Shown in pieces: positions 43,852 to 53,532 of a DNA stretch of 64,000 nucleotides; within the stretch, counting starts at the first letter, position 1; the number at the start of each line of letters is the position of its first letter. Origin of the DNA: a virus (taxonomy: Duplodnaviria > Caudoviricetes); IMG/VR virus record IMGVR_UViG_3300014205_000015, positions 1 to 64,000 of that record. One strand, given 5' to 3'. The translations under genes were made by a program, and so were the position numbers. The notes beneath the pieces are model-generated. The model was given only the letters and a program-made list of their open reading frames with translations, was not told the origin of the DNA and searched no databases.

Positions 43852-44582
43852 GTTTGGTCGTGCCCGTACTCAACAGCCACCAGGCACTGCACAGGCAGCT
43901 GCTTCACCTGGAGCGCATTGGCTTACCAGAGGGCACGGAGGTAATCATTGTCGACGATGGAAGTGAACCTCCCCTAGAGAATACTTCCAATCTGCCAGTA
44001 ACCATTCATCAGACGCACGATACCCGCCCCTGGACGTGGGCACCAGCCAGGAATGCCGGCGCGAGGCTAGCCAAGGGCGAATACCTGCTGATGTTCGACC
44101 TGGACCACATTATCACCCGCGAACTGCTAGACTTTGTTGTGGCTCAGGATGCGCCCCGCATTCACTTCCAACGGCGCTTCGGAGTCCTGGACGAGAATGG
44201 TGAACTGCACACTGACCGCCAAACACTGAAGGACTGGGGGCTAATCGGTGAGCGCTCCCGAATCGAATCGCACCAGAACAGTTTTGCGATGAAGAAGAAT
44301 CTGTTCTGGGAACTGGGCGGATATCGGGAAGACTTGATTGGCAAGCCGTACCCACAAGGCGAAGACAGTGGTTTCTACGCCAAGTGGAAGGAGTACAGCG
44401 AGAAGACGGGTGTATCGTCCGTAGAAGGTCCAACGCTGTATGTCTTCCCGACTGGGCGGTTTTGTGGGGATGTCGACCATGATGAGCACGGGCTGTTTCA
44501 CAGTCTGTCGCGCAAAAGCAAGAACAATTACTGGTGGAATCGTCAAAGGAAACAGGAATGTCAGGATTTGCCAAAGACCTAA
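43842..44582 (+). CDS. GT2-family glycosyltransferase
   Basis: LSLVVPVLN, VIIVDDGS, ARNAGARLAKGEYLLMFDLD. Confidence 0.9.
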   Translation: MRLSLVVPVLNSHQALHRQLLHLERIGLPEGTEVIIVDDGSEPPLENTSNLPVTIHQTHDTRPWTWAPARNAGARLAKGEYLLMFDLDHIITRELLDFVVAQDAPRIHFQRRFGVLDENGELHTDRQTLKDWGLIGERSRIESHQNSFAMKKNLFWELGGYREDLIGKPYPQGEDSGFYAKWKEYSEKTGVSSVEGPTLYVFPTGRFCGDVDHDEHGLFHSLSRKSKNNYWWNRQRKQECQDLPKT

Positions 44583-45574
44583 GCGTAATCGTTGCGGGGC
44601 GCAATGAGGAATTTCACGCCCAGACCGTCGAGGACGTGCTGGCTCATGCCCACGCCGATACAGAGGTTATTTGTATTTTGGACGGTGGTTGGCCGCCTAA
44701 CCGGGGAATCCAAGACCATCCTCGAGTGAAGGTGGTCAAGACGACAGAAGCTATTGGACAAAGAGCAGCCACGAACCTTGGCGCGTCCATGAGTCGCGCA
44801 AAGTATATTCTTAAGCTGGACGCCCATTGCCACATGGATGACGGGTTCGACGTGAAGATGATGAATAGGATGGAGCCTGATTTCACCGCCACCCCAGCCA
44901 TGTATCGCTTGCATGCTTTCGACTGGGCGTGCAATGAGTGCGGGCATTGCGAGTACCAGGGTAGTCAGCCAGAGAAGTGCCCAACGTGTGATGCGAACAG
45001 CTGGTATAAGCTCTTGAGATGGGAACCGAAGTGGAAGGCTGGTCAAACAGTTTCATGGCGACTGGACAACGAACTTCACTTCCAATATTGGAATGACCAC
45101 CGGAAGCAACCAGAAGTCCAAGAACAGATGAAGTCAGGGGTTGTTGAAACCATGACCTGTATCGGCTGCTGCTTCATGATGGAGCGAGAGCGGTTCTGGG
45201 AACTTGGTGGCATGGATGAGGGGCACGGCGGGCAGGCGGGCTGGGGGCAGTACGGCTGCGAACTAGCCCTCAAGGCGTGGCTGTCAGGCGGCAAGATGGT
45301 CACGATAACTGATACGTGGGTGGCTCATCTCTTCCGCACTGGAAACTTCTCAGCGCGAGGTGAGAGCACATTCCCTTACCCCCTTTCGGGTTCGGACCAA
45401 GAACGGGCTAGGCTGTATTCGCGGGATTACTGGCGCAATGGTCGCTTTGACAAACAAGTACGTCCCTTGTCCTGGCTAGTAGAGAAGTTCTTCCCGATTC
45501 CAGGCTGGGACGAAGAAGACCTAGCGGAACAAAAGAAGAAAGAGCAATCACTGGAACTGGTGCATGCCGACTAA
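44558..45574 (+). CDS. GT-A glycosyltransferase resembling polypeptide GalNAc-transferases (GT27-like)
   Basis: RNE, KLDAHC (DxH), FWELGGMDEG, WG..GCELALKAWLSGG, VAHLFR. Confidence 0.8.
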   Translation: MSGFAKDLSVIVAGRNEEFHAQTVEDVLAHAHADTEVICILDGGWPPNRGIQDHPRVKVVKTTEAIGQRAATNLGASMSRAKYILKLDAHCHMDDGFDVKMMNRMEPDFTATPAMYRLHAFDWACNECGHCEYQGSQPEKCPTCDANSWYKLLRWEPKWKAGQTVSWRLDNELHFQYWNDHRKQPEVQEQMKSGVVETMTCIGCCFMMERERFWELGGMDEGHGGQAGWGQYGCELALKAWLSGGKMVTITDTWVAHLFRTGNFSARGESTFPYPLSGSDQERARLYSRDYWRNGRFDKQVRPLSWLVEKFFPIPGWDEEDLAEQKKKEQSLELVHAD

Positions 45575-46046
45575 GGAACTATTACCGACCCCACTCACGG
45601 AATTGATTGCGGGAACTTCGTTCGCAGACGGAAACCGCAAGGATGGCAAGCATTACTGGTTAACACCGCCAGACGTGCTTGCCAGACTGGATGAGGAATT
45701 TGGTTTCACGTTTGATGCGTGCCCATTTCCCAAGCCAGACGACTTTGATGGACTCATCGGCGAGTGGGGCGAATCGACGTATGTAAATCCGCCGTTTGGC
45801 TCCATTATCCATGACGGAAAGAAGAAGGGTCCAACGGCGTGGGCAAGGAAAGTAATCGAGGAAGCGGCTAAAGGCAAGACGGTCGTGATGGTCTACCCGA
45901 TTCCGAAGTGGGTGTTAATGCTCTTGGAGGCTGGCGCTGAGGTCAGGAATTTAGGCGACGTGAAGTGGTGTGCAACCGAAGACGGCACGCCTGGACCTGG
46001 GATTGGTCAGCACGTCGCGTGCTTCGTCTTCAATGCAAAGGCGTAA
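45564..46046 (+). CDS. phage DNA N6-adenine methyltransferase
   Basis: YWLTP, FTFDAC, YVNPPF. Confidence 0.8.
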   Translation: MPTKELLPTPLTELIAGTSFADGNRKDGKHYWLTPPDVLARLDEEFGFTFDACPFPKPDDFDGLIGEWGESTYVNPPFGSIIHDGKKKGPTAWARKVIEEAAKGKTVVMVYPIPKWVLMLLEAGAEVRNLGDVKWCATEDGTPGPGIGQHVACFVFNAKA

Positions 46047-46050
46047 TGTG

Positions 46051-46677
46051 TTATCTCTTTACGGGTTCAGTCAAAGCACGCTCTATGGACCAGCCACGCT
46101 TCAGTCGCATGTGCACCGTTTTATAGTTGATCCCCGATTTGATAGCCAAGTCCTTCAGGCAGAGGGTTTCACCCTCGAACGTCAGAAAGATGGTTGTTCG
46201 CCTGTTGCGAGCTTGCTCTCCTGGAGTTGCCCATCGGCAATTTTCAGGGAAATAGCCTTGCGAGCCATCTATTCTGTCAACGGTGTGAGACGGGGATGGT
46301 CTAGGACCCATATCAGAGTAGAAGTTCTGAAACGACTTCCATCTAGCGCATACTGCGATGCCGTTTTGCCCATAGCGATGGAAAGACTTGCAGTTCTGGT
46401 TGTTGCAGCGTTCCTTCATTTTTTGCCAAGAACAGTATTCTGGTGTGCCTTTCATGCCGTGCTGTTCTTGATTGCACGATTTGCAACCACGGCTACGATC
46501 CCCAGTCAGTGCGGTTCCGTTGATCGCCTTTTCTATTCCGCACTCGCACCGGCAGTTCCAGTAGGCATGCGTAGATGGATGGTTTGCTGCCTCACTAATG
46601 ACCGTCCATTTACCGAACCGTTTCCCGGTCAGGTCTTTGAATCTATTTCCCCGACGAGTAGAATCTCTGTCAGCCAT
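46051..46677 (-). CDS. HNH homing endonuclease (antisense insertion)
   Basis: KDLTGKRFGKWTV, CRCECG, YG..GI.VC.RW, VDRIDGSQGYFPENCRWAT. Confidence 0.9.
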   Translation of the reverse strand: MADRDSTRRGNRFKDLTGKRFGKWTVISEAANHPSTHAYWNCRCECGIEKAINGTALTGDRSRGCKSCNQEQHGMKGTPEYCSWQKMKERCNNQNCKSFHRYGQNGIAVCARWKSFQNFYSDMGPRPSPSHTVDRIDGSQGYFPENCRWATPGEQARNRRTTIFLTFEGETLCLKDLAIKSGINYKTVHMRLKRGWSIERALTEPVKR

Positions 46678-46777
46678 GATTTTGTTCCCTTGAAACAAGT
46701 TGTGGTTAGAACAGCCCTGGCGCTACAACGCCTTGGCTGTTTGTATTTTAACACTTCTGTCGTGGGAGAAGCAAGCC

Positions 46778-47932
46778 ATGGCAGTTAAAGAGATAGTCTG
46801 GCCCTCCGGAGTTGGGCGAGGACTTTCATTCAGACAAGAGGTCGGCAAGAGAGATCGATACACGGCTCCATGGGCTATGAACGTTCGCACCGAGGACTTC
46901 CAGGGTCGCAAGCGCGGAGGTTCCTGGACTCCAACAGCCGCAGCGGCGACAGTCGGAGTGGTCCACAGTGGCGGTTATATCGTTGCTGATCCAGGGGATG
47001 ATGCTCCAGGTGTGAGTAGCAACGCAGATTGCATTTTCCGCGATAGGTTCATTAGACCTGTTGGACAGGCGATATACGCAAGCCGTCAGGGCGACTACAC
47101 CGATTGGGCCATGAGTGCCGATATAAGTGATGTGGCTCGACCGTTTGTGATTCAACTATCCGAAGCTGGTGAGCAGGGAGGCAGTGTAACTGCGCTGATT
47201 CCCCACAAGGACTCCTACCTTCTGGCTGCAACTGCTAGTTCTCTGTGGGTGGTTCGAGGCGATCCGACCGCAGATGGTAGCCTGCAAAACATCTCCAGAG
47301 ACGTGGGAACGGTCGGTCCAAGAGCGTGGTGTCGGGACCATATCGACAGGTATTACCTGCTTTCGTCACATGGAGTCTATACGCTTAGCGCCGATGGATC
47401 GTCTTTGCAAGCCTTATCCGAAGATGTCATTCCTGAGGAGCTAACAGATATTGCGGACGAAGACACGGTGCTCGAGTACGACCATGCAACGCGGGGAGTT
47501 CGCATTTACATCCCTACAGCTGCGGTGAATTGGCTGTTTGAAACAGAAGAGAATGCTTTCTGGCCATTCAAAGTTATCGCTGGGTCACACGTTGCTATAG
47601 GTCCAGTGCGGATGAATGACGGGGACACCTACGGACGGCTGCTACGGATGCACGGCATCACAGCATCGGGGAGCGCCAATGTGATGTGGCGGGTGTTGGT
47701 GGGCGACACAGCGGAAGAGGTCAGTGTTAACGCCAAGGCGGCTATCGAAGCCCTGGTAGCAGGAGGCACACCATCGAACATTCACAGCAGCGGCACCTGG
47801 ACGGCAGGGGTTAATCATCGCAGTTACCCTCGCGCTAGGGGTCTGTTTATGATCCTGCTGCTATCGTCTGGCGGCGACTGGAGTTGGGAAGGTGCCGTGT
47901 GTTTTATGGAACCATCAGGAAAGTGGAGATAA
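46778..47932 (+). CDS. tail tubular protein B-like / beta-propeller nozzle
   Basis: Beta-propeller pattern (IYASRQGD, VTALIP..YLL, VGPRAW); position. Confidence 0.7.
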   Translation: MAVKEIVWPSGVGRGLSFRQEVGKRDRYTAPWAMNVRTEDFQGRKRGGSWTPTAAAATVGVVHSGGYIVADPGDDAPGVSSNADCIFRDRFIRPVGQAIYASRQGDYTDWAMSADISDVARPFVIQLSEAGEQGGSVTALIPHKDSYLLAATASSLWVVRGDPTADGSLQNISRDVGTVGPRAWCRDHIDRYYLLSSHGVYTLSADGSSLQALSEDVIPEELTDIADEDTVLEYDHATRGVRIYIPTAAVNWLFETEENAFWPFKVIAGSHVAIGPVRMNDGDTYGRLLRMHGITASGSANVMWRVLVGDTAEEVSVNAKAAIEALVAGGTPSNIHSSGTWTAGVNHRSYPRARGLFMILLLSSGGDWSWEGAVCFMEPSGKWR

Positions 47933-50146
47933 ATGTCAACACAAGAAATCCCACAAGTACCAGCGCAGAATCCAGGGCAAACGCCTATCGTATTCGACCG
48001 TATCGCCAATCCATTTCTGAGCATTTGGTGGAGTACGCAGACTGTTAGCCAAGTCCCAGAGAACGTCATGGGGTGGCTGGTTGCGCAAGGGTACGAAGTC
48101 ACTGGCATCACGCAGGATACCACGACAGTCCCGCCAACGAACTACTTTGCGTTGACTCGTGAGGGAATGCGTCCTTTACAGGTTCTGCTTAGCCTGTGCA
48201 ATTCCTACACGATTGCCGCCAACGAAGCGAGGGAGGCTAACCAGGCTCGGTATAACGAGGTGCTGGTCAACTGGACGCAGATGATTGACAGTTCTCATCA
48301 GCAGTTCAATGCGCAGACAGATGAGCAGAACGCGCAGGCTGGCGTGTTCATGACTGACCTAGATGACTACATGACGGCGATTGAAACGCTCATAGCGGAC
48401 AACCAAGCACAGGTTGTTAGTGATGCAGCCGATGCACAAGTCTCGCTAGAGTACATGGATTCCAGGCTAGCTGACCTAGAAACCAATGCAGCCGCTAATG
48501 CCGTCACTATCGGGACGTTGTTGACGGAGCAGGATACCAATCTTCAGACGTACATCACCGACTACGACAGCCATCTCGCGGAGTTGGAAGCGAACGTTAC
48601 TGCGCACATAGTCACGGTTCTGGCGGATGTGGCTTCGCTTGAATCGGTGCTAGATGTCCATGTTTCTGATTATGAGCAACGACTAGCGCTACTGGAGACG
48701 AACTACAATGCGCACCTAGTAGACATAGACGCCCTGCTGGCGAACATTGATGAGCATGTCGATACCTACGTCACGGATGTCAACGCAATCCTAGCTTTGC
48801 TAGCTGCGGACTACCAGGATATTGATACAGACCTGGAGGCAATTAGGACGAGTGCTGGAACCCTAGTCGACACTCATGCTTCGGACTACCAAGCAGTCTT
48901 GGACCTGCTGGCTACCGACTACTCCACAAGCGCGACGTTAACTAGGAGCATTATTGCCTTCCTGGCTACCGACTACACCCCGCACGCGACAACGACCAGA
49001 GGCATTACTGATTCCCTGGATGTTGACTACATCTTGCACGAAGACTTAGCGAGGGGCTTTCTGACTGGTCTTGGGGCAACGGAGCTTGCCAGAATCAACG
49101 AGGAGTTTGCAGCTAGACTTGGAACACAGTTGCAGATGCTGACCACGCGGGGGCTGTACACGTCCACGCTAGCGGCAGACATCACAGAGCGCAATGGACG
49201 AGACCGAGACGAGCAAATCCAGTTACTAAACGACCGCTTGAATCGTGAGAAGTTCGAGAATCAACACAAGCTGTACGACCAGCAACGAGCCATGCGTTCG
49301 CAAACGATGGACAACGAGCATCGACTGTACGAACAGCGCCGTGTCATGCGAACCCAGACGGCAGACAATGAGCACAGGCTGTATGAGCAGCAGTTGGGTA
49401 TGAGAACGCGGACGCTGGACGGTCAAAACCAGTTACACACGGTTCGCCAGGAGGTACTGCGGTATCAGGCATCGCTAATTAGCGGGGTCTACGCGCTACT
49501 TCAGGACATTCGCAATCGTACCTTGTCAGGCAAACAGGCAATCTTCAGCGCTAGAGACGCTGCGGAGCGACTAGGGATAGAAGTCAAATCCCAGCTGTAC
49601 ACACAGATTCAAGACGTTAGGCAGCGGACACTAGATGCGCTTGACCGTATTTACCAGCTACGGGACGTGTACGCGAAGTGGTCCACCACCGAGACGCACA
49701 GGCTTTACGAGCAGCTACAGCAAGTAGAGCAGTTGTTCGTGGAAGCAGCCCAGCGACAGCACGCAGCCAAGCAAGAGGTTACGCGGGGCGAGATGTCACA
49801 GCGGGACATTCTCCTTCAGCAGCTACAGACAGCGCTTACCGGGCTCCTGGGAGGCAAGGAGCGGTTCTCCCAGCTTCTGATGCAGAACGCCAACACACTA
49901 GCCGAGCACAAGCACCGAGCTATTGTCGAGAGGATGAACACAGCGACACAGCGGCTTGAGGGGTGGAAGTCGGTGGCAGACGACAATAGGAAATTGATGA
50001 GTTATATGCTCGACGAACGTAACAAACTACTCATCGGACTTTATTCCTTCGTCGAGCGGCGCGAGGATGTTGGACCGGAGTTTAGCGACATGGCTCGGTT
50101 AATTGCTGGCGTCGGCGACAGCGGTGGAGGCTGGATCCAACCCTAA
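47933..50146 (+). CDS. long coiled-coil virion / internal protein
   Basis: Heptad-rich, with 'ATDY' and 'EHRLYEQ' internal repeats. Confidence 0.7.
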   Translation: MSTQEIPQVPAQNPGQTPIVFDRIANPFLSIWWSTQTVSQVPENVMGWLVAQGYEVTGITQDTTTVPPTNYFALTREGMRPLQVLLSLCNSYTIAANEAREANQARYNEVLVNWTQMIDSSHQQFNAQTDEQNAQAGVFMTDLDDYMTAIETLIADNQAQVVSDAADAQVSLEYMDSRLADLETNAAANAVTIGTLLTEQDTNLQTYITDYDSHLAELEANVTAHIVTVLADVASLESVLDVHVSDYEQRLALLETNYNAHLVDIDALLANIDEHVDTYVTDVNAILALLAADYQDIDTDLEAIRTSAGTLVDTHASDYQAVLDLLATDYSTSATLTRSIIAFLATDYTPHATTTRGITDSLDVDYILHEDLARGFLTGLGATELARINEEFAARLGTQLQMLTTRGLYTSTLAADITERNGRDRDEQIQLLNDRLNREKFENQHKLYDQQRAMRSQTMDNEHRLYEQRRVMRTQTADNEHRLYEQQLGMRTRTLDGQNQLHTVRQEVLRYQASLISGVYALLQDIRNRTLSGKQAIFSARDAAERLGIEVKSQLYTQIQDVRQRTLDALDRIYQLRDVYAKWSTTETHRLYEQLQQVEQLFVEAAQRQHAAKQEVTRGEMSQRDILLQQLQTALTGLLGGKERFSQLLMQNANTLAEHKHRAIVERMNTATQRLEGWKSVADDNRKLMSYMLDERNKLLIGLYSFVERREDVGPEFSDMARLIAGVGDSGGGWIQP

Positions 50147-50165
50147 CAATGCCCCAGACTTGAAA

Positions 50166-51185
50166 TCATGGCTTACTGTAATGCTCGACAATTTGCTTCA
50201 TAGTCCAACCTTGCTTGAGTCGCATTGCGATAGTTCCATGAGACACTCCGATTCGTCGACCCCATTCCCGAAGCCCACAAGTTATGCCGTCATGTGTCAA
50301 CAGCCGGGTTTTGCTGGTATTCTGTCCCTGTTCCATCGCGGATGCCCATTTGCAGTTCGCAGGCCAGCCATTTGCGAGGCATTCCGTACAGTTTCCGCAC
50401 GAATAGTTCCCGTCGTTATTTATTCGCTCGATGGTTGCCTCTGGAAACGGCTTCGGTCCCATGTCAGCCATAAAGCTGACGAACGAGCTCCATCTCTTGC
50501 AGAAGGTTATCCCACGCCCGCAGTATCTGTGGTAACTGCGGTTGCTGCAGCGATGTTTCATGTGCTTCCAAGACTTGTATTCTGGGGTTTGGTTCCCCTT
50601 GCGAGCCGCGCCGCCAGATCGCGAGCGATTACAACCACAGGACACTTGGTCGCCCCTACGAAGGACAGACCCGCAGACAACGACGGTCTTGCCGCACTCA
50701 CAGCGACATACCCAGTGCAACTTCCCCCAATTGCGCACCGTACTGAGTTCCACGACTGTCAGCTTTCCATAGACGCTCCCAACTTCATCGGTGGTATTTA
50801 CGCATCCGCACGAATTTGTTACTCCGGCGCGAAGATCTCTGCCGAACAACACAGACTCGGTGCCACACTCGCATTGACAGTTCCACTTTGCGCCGCCTTT
50901 GCTTCTAGCGCGACTGATAACAGTCCACTTTCCATAGACATTCCCAGTCTCGTCTTTCATTCTTGGGTCGATCCGCAGTGGGCAGCTAAATCCGCAGCGT
51001 TTGCTACCGCCCGATGTAAGGTTGTTCCCAGCGACAAGGTTAGTCACGCCGCAGTCGCACAAGACGCTCCAGTAGGCGACCTTACCCCGCTTCTCTCCGA
51101 AGCCTGTTACCACAAGACTGCCGAATCGCTGCCCAGTGAGATCTTTGAAATTGTGGGCGCGTCGGATAGAATTACCCGCAGACAT
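50166..51185 (-). CDS. HNH homing endonuclease with three N-terminal zinc-finger repeats (antisense insertion)
   Basis: Three G.L/WTV...W.C.C.CG units; YCGRGI, IERINNDGNY, CKWA. Confidence 0.88.
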   Translation of the reverse strand: MSAGNSIRRAHNFKDLTGQRFGSLVVTGFGEKRGKVAYWSVLCDCGVTNLVAGNNLTSGGSKRCGFSCPLRIDPRMKDETGNVYGKWTVISRARSKGGAKWNCQCECGTESVLFGRDLRAGVTNSCGCVNTTDEVGSVYGKLTVVELSTVRNWGKLHWVCRCECGKTVVVCGSVLRRGDQVSCGCNRSRSGGAARKGNQTPEYKSWKHMKHRCSNRSYHRYCGRGITFCKRWSSFVSFMADMGPKPFPEATIERINNDGNYSCGNCTECLANGWPANCKWASAMEQGQNTSKTRLLTHDGITCGLREWGRRIGVSHGTIAMRLKQGWTMKQIVEHYSKP

Positions 51186-51285
51186 GATTCAACTCCCATA
51201 AAGTTGGATTATTGTGAGAGCCAAAGCGGTCCCCAAGACCTCTTTGGCTCGTTTCATTATAGCAGCTACGGAAGGCAGGTACAGC

Positions 51286-52113
51286 ATGTGGCGTAAAAGG
51301 AAGATGGCTGCGCCGAACTTCGGCCACGTTCCATACAACCCAATTCACGGCGACCAGGCTAGTCTGCGCCAGGACGGAACGTCGCCATTCTGTGCCATGT
51401 TCCAAATCGCCGCCGAAGATGTCTATGACGACTACGTAATATGCCGAGGGTTTGACCCAAGAATACTACGGTTTATTGATTACGCGGCAGGTGACGCCAA
51501 TAAGCCAGGCATCTCTGTAGCGAAGCCGTTCGGGAAGCGTACAGCTGGGACGTACGAGATTGCGGAAGTCTACCCAGCGTTCCTTCCGACACAGGGGAAT
51601 GCTGGATTTGCTGACTTTAGGCAGGTGGTTTACATGCCTCCGTCGCCTGAAACGGTTAGCTGGCGCGTTGGTCAGAATCCTGGAGTTGTGACTGGCGGTC
51701 TGGCAGGCGGTCAACCAGATAGTTTAAGCGATGCGATTGGGATACTGTATGATCACAATGAGAAGGTGGTCAATTGGCTGTTAATTGATTCGTCTAGCAG
51801 CACCGCGTTAGGCACGTTGACTGGCAAGGCAACAGCGGTTGGAACGCAGAGTGGTGGCGACCATGACGGGCTGGAATACGCAGACCTGCTTGTGTTTGAG
51901 TCCTCGGACCCAGCGTTAATTGGGACAACGGAAAGAGTGTGGGACCGCAAAGGGTGTATCTTGGAAATAGACGTGACCGACTACACCGTATGGGCACACG
52001 AAACGTGGGCAGCATCAATGGATACGGCGAAGGCTTGCGATGAGTTGGTAAAATACTGGGCAGCAGATGACCGCTGTTGTACAGCGTCTACGGCGGTCTA
52101 TCGCGCATGTTAA
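51286..52113 (+). CDS. virion protein
   Basis: Position in the structural module. Confidence 0.65.
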   Translation: MWRKRKMAAPNFGHVPYNPIHGDQASLRQDGTSPFCAMFQIAAEDVYDDYVICRGFDPRILRFIDYAAGDANKPGISVAKPFGKRTAGTYEIAEVYPAFLPTQGNAGFADFRQVVYMPPSPETVSWRVGQNPGVVTGGLAGGQPDSLSDAIGILYDHNEKVVNWLLIDSSSSTALGTLTGKATAVGTQSGGDHDGLEYADLLVFESSDPALIGTTERVWDRKGCILEIDVTDYTVWAHETWAASMDTAKACDELVKYWAADDRCCTASTAVYRAC

Positions 52114-52132
52114 AGTAAGAAAGCAGAACAAA

Positions 52133-53530
52133 ATGCCAATAACATTCAGACACCAAGCAGCCGGGGTAGTACCTCCTTCCAATGAGACTACTAGGAAGTA
52201 TGGGCAGTCGCTTGTCTTACAGCAGCAGCAACAGAAGTATGCCGGTCAACAAGCAGGATACGACCGATTGTTCCGAGCTGGTTCGCAGCTGCAGCAGCAG
52301 GACTGGCAGATGGGCAGGGATAAGGCGCAGAACGACTTCCAGTTGGGCAGGGACAAGCAGCAGTTCGATTGGAAGCAGCAAGAGGCGGAAGCGGCTAGGC
52401 AGCAAGGGTTTCTCGACGAGGCTAGGAAACAGAGCAGCCGATTCATTCTTGACGCGATTGACAAAGGGGAGTTTGACCCTGGTACTGCCCGAGAGCTACG
52501 GCAGAATCTGGTAGCCGAGTCAGAGGTGCTAGGCAATCCGCGACTGGACGCCACGCAGAGAGCCGAAGCGATTCAGAAGCTTCGTGCGCAGCGGTCAATG
52601 CTGTTAGCCAATCGCGCTCCAAAGGCACCAGAGCCAACACCACAGGAACAATTCGACCAGGGTGTTGTTACAGGTCCAGATGGCGCAAAGTATCGTCGTA
52701 ACTCAAAGGGAGACTTCGAGCCTCTACCAGTACAACCTCAGCAACCAGCACCACCAGCGACCGCTGATGATGCGTTTAAGGCTGACCCTAAACTGAGGAA
52801 ACAGTACATTGATGACGCGGTAAACGTACTCACAGAAGGCGGAACGAAGTCGCTTACTGTCGATATTCGCAAGCAAGCCGCCGAACTGGCAAGGGAACTG
52901 TACGACAACGACAACCCGCAACCAGCACAGACGCCAGCTACCACACCTGCTGCTGGGCAAGCCCCACCCGCTGCATCAGGAGCCTTTTCGCCATTACTGA
53001 GTGCGATTCAGGGTGCTGCGGCTGGAATAACGGGGCAGACCCCTGCTACTATTGGGCAGTCAGCGGACATACCAATAGCATCTCCAGATCCAGGCCGACC
53101 GCCAGCACCATCGACAATGCCCGCGCAAAACCAGTGGGCGGACGTGGCAACACCACCGCCACCGGCACAAGTTTCGCCATCGCCACCACTGAGTTCGCCT
53201 GCCGGAGCGAGTCCACAGCAGGCTCCAGCTACATCGCAAAGCGGACTACCACAAGCTGAAAAGCCAGACTTTGGCGCTATGGTAGCCAGTGCAAAGGACG
53301 ATGCAGACAGAGCGTTCGTCAGCAAGATGCAAGGTGTGTACGAGGGGCAGTCGCCTGCTATTCAGTCTGCAATAAGTGTCCTTATGAGCCCAGACTCGCT
53401 TGACGAGGATGCTGCACGCGCTCTTGCGTATCTAAAGGAAAATGGCATTGATATTGACCAACTGGCTGCGACTCCGAAGCTACCGAAGAAGAAAAGCAAC
53501 AGGGATTGGCAGAGCGGAAAGGGAATGTAG
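52133..53530 (+). CDS. internal virion (ejection) protein, Gln/Pro-rich
   Basis: Low-complexity helical and Pro-rich segments before the giant gene. Confidence 0.7.
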   Translation: MPITFRHQAAGVVPPSNETTRKYGQSLVLQQQQQKYAGQQAGYDRLFRAGSQLQQQDWQMGRDKAQNDFQLGRDKQQFDWKQQEAEAARQQGFLDEARKQSSRFILDAIDKGEFDPGTARELRQNLVAESEVLGNPRLDATQRAEAIQKLRAQRSMLLANRAPKAPEPTPQEQFDQGVVTGPDGAKYRRNSKGDFEPLPVQPQQPAPPATADDAFKADPKLRKQYIDDAVNVLTEGGTKSLTVDIRKQAAELARELYDNDNPQPAQTPATTPAAGQAPPAASGAFSPLLSAIQGAAAGITGQTPATIGQSADIPIASPDPGRPPAPSTMPAQNQWADVATPPPPAQVSPSPPLSSPAGASPQQAPATSQSGLPQAEKPDFGAMVASAKDDADRAFVSKMQGVYEGQSPAIQSAISVLMSPDSLDEDAARALAYLKENGIDIDQLAATPKLPKKKSNRDWQSGKGM

Positions 53531-53532
53531 CT

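Noticed and set aside
46051-51185. Group I introns hosting the HNH genes
   Set aside because: Flanking genes are complete on both sides and I saw no P7/intron core sequences
50103-51296. 397-aa plus-strand ORF; likewise 45970-46788
   Set aside because: Antisense shadows of the HNH genes
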